DNA from: an uncultured delta proteobacterium | GTDB lineage: Bacteria; Desulfobacterota; Binatia; UBA9968 | Length of the DNA: 64,000 nucleotides | Direction of reading: 5' to 3' | NCBI GenBank assembly: GCA_963847445.1 | Contig: CAWJZV010000034.1 | Coordinates: forward strand, 256,001-320,000 | Shown: positions 10,924 to 19,897 of the stretch, piece after piece | Layout: every line of letters starts with the position of its first letter | How positions within the stretch are numbered: the first letter of the stretch is position 1 | The notes under the pieces: model-generated | Seen by the model: only the letters and a program-made list of their open reading frames with translations | The model's database searches: none | What the model was told of the DNA's origin: nothing | Translations under genes and position numbers: made by a program

Positions 10924-11137
10924 CGGCCAATGGCGGATTATCGACGCCGGATCAAAGACAAATTGTCATTGTTGAAAATTTGCGCTGCAAAAAACTTCAA
11001 CTATGGGAATCGCCGGTGTCTTTGGTTTCTGGCCCATAGCTATGTTTGACAGCACGATCTCGAATACAAATCTTTGCTTAGCGATCATCCCACTTGCAGC
11101 TCTAATCGTTAGTAGTGGTGACGGTCGTCGGAGCTCG

Positions 11138-11816
11138 TCACTTTGATTGCCAAACTATTCCGTCGGTTTGAATAAACGAAAGCGACGATATGTGGCGCGT
11201 CCGGTTGAATTTTTCGCTCGCCACTGCCGCCGGCCTTTTCGTCAAAGTGAGTTACTTCCAATACGTAGCGACCTGCCCAGGGCGTCGGCAGAGTGACACG
11301 GCCCTGTTCGTCGGTGGTTAAAGGCTTTTCCCACTTGGACGGTCCGATGATCGTGAGTTCGGCTTTCGCAAGCGGTGAACCGAGAAAAATTAGCACAAAG
11401 GTTTTGCCGTTGGCTTCTGTGGGCACTAACTCCAAGTCGAGCTTCGCCGCGGTTTCCGTACGCCCATGCTTGGCGTAATAGATCGTCTTGGTTGTGCCGC
11501 CCTTTTCGTTGTCCTCGCGCGCTGGGACGCCGCTGTCGACGAAGCGCACGTCGCCAGCTCCCTTGGCTGGGAATTCGAGGTTGTTGTCATTGCGTTTGAC
11601 CTGAAGCGGCTCGTTGCTTGCGCCGACAATGACGCGCGGCGCTTTGAATCGGTCGAGCAGCCCGCCGGTTTTTTCGCGGATATCGTCGATCCATTCGCCA
11701 AAATAGGCGCGCGCCGGGCCGTCGCCGTCGCGTTCGAGCCAGACGAAATGAGCCTGGGCACAAGGAGTTAGCAACAATGTGGCGGCCATTATCATGAGAG
11801 AAATGAACTTCAACAT
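11138..11816 (-). CDS. DUF4198-like periplasmic metal-uptake protein (frameshift near C-terminus)
   Basis: Signal peptide ending AQA|HFVWLE, plus TTDEQGRVTL and GRYVLEV. Confidence 0.75.
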
Positions 11817-11835
11817 GGGAGATCTCCTGGAATGT

Positions 11836-12426
11836 CTATGCCGACAGAGTGGTGCGTTCAGATTTTTCGAGATGCGCCAGCACGCCGTCGAGCCAATGCT
11901 TGGCCGGCGCGTCGTAATCGACGTCGCAATCGACGCGCGGATGGATGCGAATGCCACCGTGGCGCTCCAGAGCGGCGTCGAAGTCGCGGCCACACTTGCA
12001 GAAATGATCGTAGGTGGTGTTGCCGAGGGCGAGCACGGAAAACTTGACGCCGCGCAGATCGAGGCTATTGCCTTGCACCACCGCTTCCCAGAACGGCGCG
12101 GCATCGTCAGGCGGCTCGCCGTCGCCGTAGGTGCTGATCACCACCAGTACGCAATTTGACTGCGTCAACACGCTGGGTTGGCAGTGCGCGATGTCTCGTA
12201 CCCGAGCCGTGACGCCGGCACGGCGCAACGACAGCGACAGCTTATTCGCCAGCAATTCGGCGTTGCCGGTCACGGTGCCGTAGAGAACCAGCACTGAATC
12301 GCCGTTGTCGGGCGAGGTCTGCCACTCGCCGTGAACTTCCTCATGGCCGTTGTGCGTGTGGCCGTTGGTTGCATTGGAGCTAGTTTGTTCCATCTCGATC
12401 CTCGCTAGGTCGTTTTGATGTTTCAT
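11836..12426 (-). CDS. Flavodoxin domain (CysJ-like), probably the C-terminus of the PepSY-TM protein
   Basis: LYGTVTGNAE, STYGDGEPPD, LALGNTTYDHFC. It overlaps the PepSY-TM ORF by 47 nt. Confidence 0.85.
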   Translation of the reverse strand: MKHQNDLARIEMEQTSSNATNGHTHNGHEEVHGEWQTSPDNGDSVLVLYGTVTGNAELLANKLSLSLRRAGVTARVRDIAHCQPSVLTQSNCVLVVISTYGDGEPPDDAAPFWEAVVQGNSLDLRGVKFSVLALGNTTYDHFCKCGRDFDAALERHGGIRIHPRVDCDVDYDAPAKHWLDGVLAHLEKSERTTLSA

Positions 12427-13657
12427 TGCTCTGCGGCACGGTTTGCATGACTTCGGGACTGGCTTGCACCGGCGCGGTTACATATTCCACGGTGGTTGCG
12501 TCTTCGGCATCGCGTTTACGATAGCGGAAGCGCCGCCAAGCCATGGCGAAGCCGGTCCAAACCAGGAAGCAGCCGCCGAGCGACGCCAGGCCGGCGACGG
12601 TTTGGCCGGCGAAACCGAGAGCCTCGCCGGTGTGAAGACCGCGCACCCAAACTCGCAGCTTTCGTCCCGGACTGGCGGCGGCGTAGGGCTCCCATTTTAT
12701 GACTTCGGCGCTGGAGCGATTGAGCGCCAGTTGCGAGCGCGCGAAAATATGCGGCGCTGTCGGCTCTTGAATCAAGACCGTGACCGGGCCATCGCCGCGC
12801 GGCGGCAGGCGCATCATCATCATGATCCAACCGGGAGCTTGCTGATCGGCGCGCGCCAGGAAGGCATCGAAGCTTGCCATCGGCTTGCGCTCGCGCGCCT
12901 CTGTGCCCGCGCCGCGCCGCTGCTGCGCTTGAGCCGCAGGGCCGGGGGCTTGCGCTCTTGGCGGCGGCTCGCTGCCCGTCAATGTGTAGAGCAGATCGTT
13001 GGCCCACGGATAAGACATCACCGCCGCAGTGAGCGTGAGAATGATGAGCACCGACGACGACCAGAAACCGATGACGTTGTGCCAGTTCCAGTCGCGCGCT
13101 TTGCCGCGGAGGTGGAAATTGAAAAGGAGGCTCGGCTTCAATCCCCGCCAATGCCAACTGCGCGGCCACCAGAGATAGACTCCGGTAAGCGCCAGCCAGA
13201 AAAACGCTAGGTTGCAAGCACCGGTGATGGCGCGCGCGGTGACACGGCCTTCGCCCTCCGTGCCGAGCCAGCGGTGCCAATCGACGACGTCGTGAAACCA
13301 GTCGTGCAGTTTCGATTCCGAGCCGAGGATCGCGCCGGTATACGGATTCACGTAGGTTGCGCCTTCACGACCGAAGCCGACGGCGACGGATGCGGTCGGT
13401 TCGTTGCGCAGGACCACGCCTGTGGGCTGGGCTTTGGGATTCTGCGCGCGCGCCTTGGCTACCAGTTCATCCAGGCTTATGCGCTGCGCATTGGCAGCCG
13501 GCGGCACGACCAAGCGCACGTCTCGTTCGGCGTATTCGACCAGTTGGTGCTCGTACATCAGGATGACGCCGGTCGCCGACATGATGAAGATGACGGTGCC
13601 GCCGATAACGCCGGCGAGCAGGTGGGACCAAAAAATGATTTTATGCAGCAGCTTCAT
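12380..13657 (-). CDS. PepSY-associated TM helix protein (PiuB-like)
   Basis: FWSHLLAG, YVNPYTG, WHRWL, TGVYLWWPR, WHNVIG, LHTGE. Confidence 0.9.
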   Translation of the reverse strand: MKLLHKIIFWSHLLAGVIGGTVIFIMSATGVILMYEHQLVEYAERDVRLVVPPAANAQRISLDELVAKARAQNPKAQPTGVVLRNEPTASVAVGFGREGATYVNPYTGAILGSESKLHDWFHDVVDWHRWLGTEGEGRVTARAITGACNLAFFWLALTGVYLWWPRSWHWRGLKPSLLFNFHLRGKARDWNWHNVIGFWSSSVLIILTLTAAVMSYPWANDLLYTLTGSEPPPRAQAPGPAAQAQQRRGAGTEARERKPMASFDAFLARADQQAPGWIMMMMRLPPRGDGPVTVLIQEPTAPHIFARSQLALNRSSAEVIKWEPYAAASPGRKLRVWVRGLHTGEALGFAGQTVAGLASLGGCFLVWTGFAMAWRRFRYRKRDAEDATTVEYVTAPVQASPEVMQTVPQSNETSKRPSEDRDGTN

Positions 13658-13673
13658 GCCGTCTCCTCGGGCG

Positions 13674-14204
13674 CTAGTTGGTCTTGCCGGCCTTCAGAAC
13701 ACCAAGCTCGGCGCGCAGCCAGTCGCGCAAGATATCCTTTTCGTAGCGTAGATAGTCTTCTCTCGGGTAAACGCTGCGGAGTTGGTAATTGATATCGGTC
13801 AAGTCGCGTTTGCCGGATTTGACCACCGTCGCGGCGCTATCGATGATCTCGAACTCAAGCACGATGTGGGGCGGGTAGAGACCTTTGACGATGCGCACTT
13901 GGTCCGCTTGCGGACCGCGAAACAATTCGAAGTCGCCGGCGAGGTCGATGTCGGTGATCCGGATATTCAGTTTCATATTCTCAGGGATGTAGCGCGCGCC
14001 GGTCGTGATGATGAACTTTTGCAGTTCGCCGACGATGCCCGTCGATGTCGGCTCCAGCTCGGCGCGGCGCGCGTCGGTGAATTTCTCCGGTTCGATGAAG
14101 GCGACGGAGATCCGCGCGGCGGATTCATCCACCGGCGCGGCCGCGGCGCAGCCGGCAACCAGCACGAGGCCGATGGCCGAGATCATTCTTGATCGCCTAT
14201 TCAT
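13674..14204 (-). CDS. DUF3016-like lipoprotein
   Basis: Lipobox VAGC, PEKFTD, ITDIDLAG, YPP, LRYEK. Confidence 0.75.
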   Translation of the reverse strand: MNRRSRMISAIGLVLVAGCAAAAPVDESAARISVAFIEPEKFTDARRAELEPTSTGIVGELQKFIITTGARYIPENMKLNIRITDIDLAGDFELFRGPQADQVRIVKGLYPPHIVLEFEIIDSAATVVKSGKRDLTDINYQLRSVYPREDYLRYEKDILRDWLRAELGVLKAGKTN

Positions 14205-14205
14205 G

Positions 14206-14886
14206 TCACACCTCCGCGAAGCGGCGCAGCAAATTGTGATAGCAATTGGTCAGCTCCACCACGGCGCCGTGATTGGGCAGAGCTTGATTGACTTTGTTGA
14301 TCGCCATATCGAGATCGAAAAGCAGAGTTCGAGTGCCGTCGTCGCGCACCATGCTCTGCACCCAGAAAAACGACGCGAGACGAACTCCCCGCGTCACCGG
14401 CTTGACGTGGTGCAGGCTGCTCGCCGGATAAACCACCATGTCGCCGGCGCCAAGCTTGACCGCGTGGGCGCCGTAAACGTCGTCGATGACCAGCTCGCCG
14501 CCGTCGTAGTCTTCCGGCGCGCTGAGAAACAGCGTCGCGGAAATATCCGTGCGCACGCGCAGCGGCGTGCCGGGAATCTGCCGGATGGAATTGTCCAGAT
14601 GCGCGCCGAAAGATTCGCCGCCTTCGTAGCGGTTGAATAGAGGCGGGAAGACCCGGAGCGGCAACGTCGCCGTGATAAACAGCGGGTTGCGCTCCAGGGC
14701 CGCCACGATCATGTCGCCGAGCTCCCGCGCCTCCGGGCTATTCTCCGGTAGCTGGCGGTTGTCCTTGACCACGGCGGATTGATACCCCGCGGTCACGCGG
14801 CCGTCGATCCAGCCCGCGCGCTGCATCACTTCACGGCAGCGCGCGAGCTGTTCGGGGTTCAGGACATTGGGCACTTGGACGATCAT
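14206..14886 (-). CDS. piuC: PKHD-type Fe(II)/2-oxoglutarate hydroxylase (PiuC/YbiX)
   Basis: [43 protein letters not shown]. Confidence 0.93.
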   Translation of the reverse strand: MIVQVPNVLNPEQLARCREVMQRAGWIDGRVTAGYQSAVVKDNRQLPENSPEARELGDMIVAALERNPLFITATLPLRVFPPLFNRYEGGESFGAHLDNSIRQIPGTPLRVRTDISATLFLSAPEDYDGGELVIDDVYGAHAVKLGAGDMVVYPASSLHHVKPVTRGVRLASFFWVQSMVRDDGTRTLLFDLDMAINKVNQALPNHGAVVELTNCYHNLLRRFAEV

Positions 14887-14900
14887 TTTTTTCCGACTCC

Positions 14901-17118
14901 TTAGAACTTGAAGCTCGCGCTGCCGATGAACGTGCGGCCCGCGCCAGGCAACGACGTGTCCCCGCTGAGACTGTCGAATAGTAATGGTCGTTGGTCAGAT
15001 TGATCGCGTTGACCCGCAATTGGAATATTCTTGTTGAGCTGGTACGCCACCGTCGAATCCCAGCGAACATGATCCGGGACACGGGCGATTGTTTGGCGGC
15101 ATTGTTGTAATCGACAGCCGACATAGGTCGGGCCGCCGCCGATTTGCCATTTTTCGAGAAAGTCGTAGGTGACCCAAACGTTCGCGCTGTGCGTCGGCAC
15201 GTTGGCGAGTTCGTTGCCGATGATGGCGGGGTTGGTGTCGATTTGCGAATCTTCGATATCGAGGTATGTGTAACCGCTAAAGATATTCAAGCCGGGGAGA
15301 AGGCGGCCAGAGAGCCCGAATTCGACACCCTGTGAACGCGTGCTCACCGTCAAGCACATTAGCGTCCGCGGTCGGATCAATCGGATTCGGTGTACACGGG
15401 CATCGGTTTTGTCGATTCGAAATACCGCGCCTTGCAGATTCAGGGCTCCATTGAAGAATTCCAGTTTGCCGCCGATTTCGAAGGTTCTGTTTTTTTCCGG
15501 AGGGGCACCTGTCGGTGTTAGGTGCCAAGGGCATGGCTTCGGCGGAGGGATTGAACGCGGTGCGCATAGGAGAAATAGTAGCTCTGTGACGGGGTCGGGT
15601 GAAAGATCAGACCGCCTCGATAACTCCACATTCGATCTGTCCGACCCAGGTCCGAACGAGCCGTTATCGCGCCAGTGGTATTATGCGTGATCGTGTCAAA
15701 GTCGTTGTCGAAGTAATCCCAACGGACGCCGCCGACGAGATCGAAATACTGGTTTAGCTTGATCTGATCTGCGGCGAAGATGCCGAAACCGAAGGCACTG
15801 CCGTCTGCGCGACTCGATACCGAGCGCGACATTCCCGCGGTACTGGCAACTGATTGTGGTTGGGATTGTTGAGCGTTGTGCCGGAGGCACTCCGACGAAA
15901 GCGTAGTGGTTCGTCGAAGGTCTCCCGCGATACCTCCAGCCCGGATGTGACTGTGTGATTGAAACCGAAGGTGTCGAACTTGGCGGTAAGATCCGTTTGG
16001 TTGCTCAGAATGCTTTCCTAGGTATCGCGCTGCCGGTCGGCTTCCGGTGAACAGGGTCGGGGATGACATTGACGCGTGGCGCTTGGTTTCGTGAATCCCG
16101 GTCGACGTGGCTGTAGCGGAGGGTGTTCCGCAAGGTGAACATATCGTTGAAGCGGTGATCCAACCGCGAGGTGCCGATATTCACCGTTGTTTCTTCGTTG
16201 TCTTCATTGGCAAAGCCATAGAAGTTCTTGCGGTCGATGCGTAACGGACGGCCATTCTACGTACGGAAAACCGTAATCAGGAATATTGTCTTCAGCTTGA
16301 AGCAGGTAGCTCAATGTTAGCTGCGTCGGCGTGCCCAAGCCGAACGCAGATCGACGGCGCAAACCCCAGCCGCTTGCTGCTTCGATCTTGTCGCGTTCCA
16401 CGAACATCGTCTTTGTGGGCCATGAGGTTGATGCGGAAAGCCGCATGGGCAGCCCTGGGGAATCGGTTGGTTGACATCGATGGTGCCGCGCAGGTAGATC
16501 CGTTGCCGCCAACGCTAAAAATGCCGTCGTAGCTCGGGGTCGAGTTGAGGAACTTTGCTGACCTGATTGATCGATGCCGCCGGTGGAGCCACGACCGAAG
16601 TATAGGGAGGACGGTCCTTTTAGAACTTCGACGGATTCGAGATTGAACACATCTCGAAAATAGGAGCCCGGAGTCGCGCACCCCGTCGATGATACATGTC
16701 GTTGCTCGCGTTGTAGCCCGCGCAGCGTCAAGTTGTCGCCTTGAACCGCCGCCTTCGCCTGCACGGAAACGTAATACCAGGCACGTTGCGCAACGCATCG
16801 CGCAAGGTCGCAGCCGGCCTGTTCTTCGATTAATCTTCTGCGGCATCACGGTAATCGACTGCGGCATGTTTTTCAGTGGTACGGGAATCTCGATAGGGAC
16901 GATTGCGGCACTACATAGGGGCTATCTTGATCCTGCACCACCACCGGCGGCAGGGTAATCGGTTCCTCTTTTTTCGGCTCCGCCGCGCCTGCGTGGCTTG
17001 CCAGCGCAAAGCTGAAAGCCATCGCCTTGCCAACTCCTTCACCGGCGGCGAGACAGATTTTTTGGAACGCTGTCTTGTTATTTTTTCTTTCGTTCGCGCG
17101 CTTTTGTTGTCGACTCAT
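14901..17118 (-). CDS. TonB-dependent siderophore receptor (PiuA/Fiu-like), heavily frameshifted
   Basis: Fragments across frames: ITLPPVVV (TonB box), [48 protein letters not shown], and C-terminal [14 protein letters not shown]. Confidence 0.88.
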
Positions 17119-17138
17119 CTCATCCTCCATAACGTTAG

Positions 17139-17192
17139 GGTTGCTTGATTGGCTGGCTTTCCACGTCCGGAGGGCTGGATGGCTGGCTGGGT
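17139..17192 (-). promoter_or_regulatory. AGCCAGCCA direct repeats between hemP and the receptor (candidate HemP/HmuP-responsive element)
   Basis: Minus strand CCCAGCCAGCCATCCAGCCC...AAAGCCAGCCAATCAAGC in the receptor 5' UTR. Confidence 0.55.
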
Positions 17193-17395
17193 CAGAAATC
17201 ATTTACTTTCGTCAAAATCAGTTTGCCGTTTCTGGTGATGCGCAGGTTGTATTCCTCCTTTTGGTGCACGATGACGATCTCGCTGTTGCCTTGAAACAGG
17301 TGATTGCTTTCGATGCGCGGCTTTTTCCCGGACGGCGCCGAGCTGCTCGGCGTGACCGTTCGTTTGGTAGCGAAATTCACAAGCGTTTCTCCCAT
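17192..17395 (-). CDS. hemP: HemP/HmuP family small regulator
   Basis: IESNHLFQGNSEIVIVHQKEEYNLRITRNGKLILTK is the HemP signature. An extra A likely removes the natural stop. Confidence 0.9.
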   Translation of the reverse strand: MGETLVNFATKRTVTPSSSAPSGKKPRIESNHLFQGNSEIVIVHQKEEYNLRITRNGKLILTKVNDF

Positions 17396-17403
17396 GGGTC
17401 TTC

Positions 17404-18238
17404 CTAGTGCAGTTCGAACTTCACCGGCAACATCACCCATACCGACACCGCTTCTTTGCCCCGGCGGGCCGGCTCGAAGAGCCATTTTTTAACCGCTTCC
17501 ACAGCGGCGAAATCGAGATCGCGAAAACCGGCGGACTGATCGACCATCACTTCGCCGACCCGGCCATTCTCCAACACGCGGACGCGCAATGTTGTTACGC
17601 CCTGCACACCAGCTCTTCGCGCGGACTCGGGATAGCGCGGCTTGACTTGGTAACCGCCGAGTGGCCGAGCCAGACCCGATAGTGCTTCTCCGGAGCCCGC
17701 GCCGCCGCCGGTGCCGTCGCCCTTGGCGCCTCGACCCAGTCCCGACGCGCCTGTGCCGCCGCCACCGCCGGCAACGCCGCTGCCGCCGACCACGCCCACA
17801 TCGCCCTTGCCGAAAAGATTGCCGGCACCGGCGGCGCTGCCTTCGGCTTCGGCCGCGCTTGCGACGCCGACGTTCCAGCCGGCCTTGGCGGCACCGGTGT
17901 TATCCGGTAGCGAGGCGAGCGGCTGTTCGACCGGTTTCTCTTTGACTCTCTTCCTTGGTGTTGCCGGTCGGCGGCAGCGGGCTGGTTTCGAAAACCGGTT
18001 TGGATAGAAGCTTCGGCGCGGTGATATTTTGCAGCTTGGGTTTGGGCGCTGGAGGAGGCGGAGGCGGTGTGACCTCGACTTTCTTCGGTTCCTCGATGCG
18101 CGCCACATCCACCAGCTCAATCGGTACCATGGCGGGTTTAATCGGTTTGGCGTGCATCACCAACGCAGCCAACGGAATTATGCCCAAATGAATCAACGAC
18201 GACGCAGTGAATGAAGATACCAACCAGCGCTCGTTCAT
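17404..18238 (-). CDS. tonB: Energy transducer TonB (frameshifted near 17950)
   Basis: TM segment SSLIH, Pro-rich linker, and C-domain PRYPESARRAGVQG...WLFEPARRG...PVKFEL. Confidence 0.92.
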
Positions 18239-18648
18239 TTTTTCTGCTCCTTCGGTTTTACCGCGATGGCCATCTTTGCCACGTTGGCGCCGCGGGCGAT
18301 GTCCATGACTTCGACCACCTGGCCGTGCTGAACGCCGTCGTCGGCGTTGATGACGACCAGCATCTCGGCATTCTTCGCAAGTTGCTGGCGCAAAGCTTCA
18401 CCGAGAGCCGCTTTGTCGATCGCTTGCTGGTTGAGAAACAACCGGCCGTCTTTATCGATCGTGATCGCCGCGCTCTCGGCAGGCGCCTGCTGGCCGGACG
18501 CCGCCTTGGGCAGATTGACCGGCATGCCTTTGAACTGGGTCATCGACAAGGTCGAGATCATGAAAAAGACCAGTAGAAAAAAAATCGTGTCGATCATCGG
18601 GATGATCTCGATGCGCGCTTTCTTGATGCTGCGGCGTTGAATGCGCAT
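18235..18648 (-). CDS. exbD: Biopolymer transporter ExbD
   Basis: IEIIPMIDTIFFLLVFFM, VNLPKA, INADD..HGQVVEVMD. Confidence 0.95.
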   Translation of the reverse strand: MRIQRRSIKKARIEIIPMIDTIFFLLVFFMISTLSMTQFKGMPVNLPKAASGQQAPAESAAITIDKDGRLFLNQQAIDKAALGEALRQQLAKNAEMLVVINADDGVQHGQVVEVMDIARGANVAKMAIAVKPKEQKK

Positions 18649-19256
18649 TAATGCTTCCCCGCATGTTCATGCAGCAACAATTCCAGCGAAGAGCTGAAGT
18701 GCTCCATGCGGTCCATTTCGCGCTCGACCTTGGCGGTGAAGTAGTTGTAGGAGACCAGAGTCAAGATCGCGATCAACAAGCCCGTGGCAGTCGCGATCAG
18801 CGCTTCCGCGACTCCGCCGGTAATGGCGTGGGGTTGCCCCATGCCCGCTTCCGACATGACATCGAAGGAGCCGATCATGCCGACGACGGTGCCGAGCAAT
18901 CCGAGCAGAGGGGCAAGCGTCACGATGGTGTCGAGAATTCCCAGGCGGCTTTTAAGCACGGGAATCTCGGCCTGCGCCAGAGCTTCCATTGCCTTCGCCG
19001 GCGCGGGATTGCGGTGGGCGATACCCGCTGCTAAAACCCGCGCGATTGGCTGGCTGGAGTTCTTGCCCAGGTTTAAAGCTTGTTCGAATTCGCCCTTTTC
19101 GACCAATGATAAGATTTGTTGTAGGACATCTTTCGTTTTCAGTTTGGCCCAAAACACAAACCGTTCGATGGTGAGCGCGAGTGAGATCAAGGAGCAAGCG
19201 AGCAGCGGGATCATGACGATGCCGCCTTTGATGATGATTGCAATAAATGCCGACAT
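18648..19256 (-). CDS. exbB: MotA/TolQ/ExbB proton channel
   Basis: GGIVMIPL, APLLGLLGTVVGMI, GVAEALIATATGL. Confidence 0.95.
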   Translation of the reverse strand: MSAFIAIIIKGGIVMIPLLACSLISLALTIERFVFWAKLKTKDVLQQILSLVEKGEFEQALNLGKNSSQPIARVLAAGIAHRNPAPAKAMEALAQAEIPVLKSRLGILDTIVTLAPLLGLLGTVVGMIGSFDVMSEAGMGQPHAITGGVAEALIATATGLLIAILTLVSYNYFTAKVEREMDRMEHFSSSLELLLHEHAGKH

Positions 19257-19258
19257 GA

Positions 19259-19472
19259 CTATTGGACCAGACCCTTTCTTTAGCTCGATGTGACTTTCCG
19301 TTTCACTTAGTTCGTTACTTTCGGCGACGCTTTGCATGGCGAGACCAAGTTCGCGCAGGTCGTCACGGGCGATATGCAGGACGACGCTGCCGTAGTGAAA
19401 ATGGGCGGTGTCCTGGCTGCAATTGCAAAGCGAGACCGACCATCTGCCGTTGGATGATTTGATTCCGTACAT
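19259..19472 (-). CDS. Small (~70 aa) Cys/His-containing hypothetical protein heading the exbB operon
   Basis: GGAGG RBS, then MYGIKSSNGRWSVSLCNCSQDTAHFHYGSVVLHI. Removing one base near 19272 gives ...KKGLVQ* just before the exbB ATG. Confidence 0.6.
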
Positions 19473-19485
19473 TTTGACCTCCAAT

Positions 19486-19556
19486 AAAAAAAGAGCCCGA
19501 GGTTCCGCCAACTTTTCGCGGAACGCCGGGCTCTGGATTCTAGATCGCTGGCCGCT
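19486..19556 (-). promoter_or_regulatory. Leader RNA element, copy 2, with intrinsic terminator (attenuator)
   Basis: Minus strand GCGGCCAGCGatctaGAATCCAGAGCCCGGCGTTccgc...gcggaacctCGGGCTC-T7, directly before the RBS. Confidence 0.75.
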
Positions 19557-19565
19557 GACTAGGGT

Positions 19566-19618
19566 TGTATATTCAAATCATAATTATTTGTCAATACTAA
19601 TATAAAAATATTAGTATT
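19566..19618 (-). promoter_or_regulatory. sigma70-like promoter with palindromic operators
   Basis: Minus strand TTGACA-N17-TATACA. CAAATCATAATTATTTG (19574-19590) lies over the spacer, and a perfect inverted repeat AATACTAATAT-N4-ATATTAGTATT spans 19593-19618. Confidence 0.6.
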
Positions 19619-19675
19619 AACTAATAATAATTCCTAAGCTATTGAAGATATACTCATTTAATCATGCCGAGTAGC

Positions 19676-19897
19676 CTATATATTTCCCAAATCTGCTTCG
19701 GATGCCGCACCATCCTGATTATCGCGGCCCTCGGTACTGAGGGGAATCACTACCCGGCGTTTGCAGCGGCGACACTTGAGCTCCACGCCTTCGGGTACCA
19801 AGCGCGCGAGCAAGCTACCGCAATGGCAGCGGAGCGCATCGCCGTCCTTAGTCACCGTCCCCGCCGTTTCCTGTTCGCCTTGCCTTGGAATACGCAT
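19676..19897 (-). CDS. Com-like zinc-ribbon protein
   Basis: LRCHCGSLLARLVPEGVELKCRRCKR matches the RC..C..LLA...EIKC.RC pattern of the Mu Com family. It abuts the FTR1 stop. Confidence 0.7.
   Translation of the reverse strand: MRIPRQGEQETAGTVTKDGDALRCHCGSLLARLVPEGVELKCRRCKRRVVIPLSTEGRDNQDGAASEADLGNI

Noticed and set aside
18648-19511. 287-aa ExbB with a novel N-terminal domain
   Set aside because: One base removal gives a separate small ORF ending TAG two nt before a normal ExbB ATG. The fusion is probably artefactual.
19676-19897. Prophage implied by the Com-like gene
   Set aside because: No mom/methylase, structural, integrase or lysis genes are nearby. The context is purely iron uptake.
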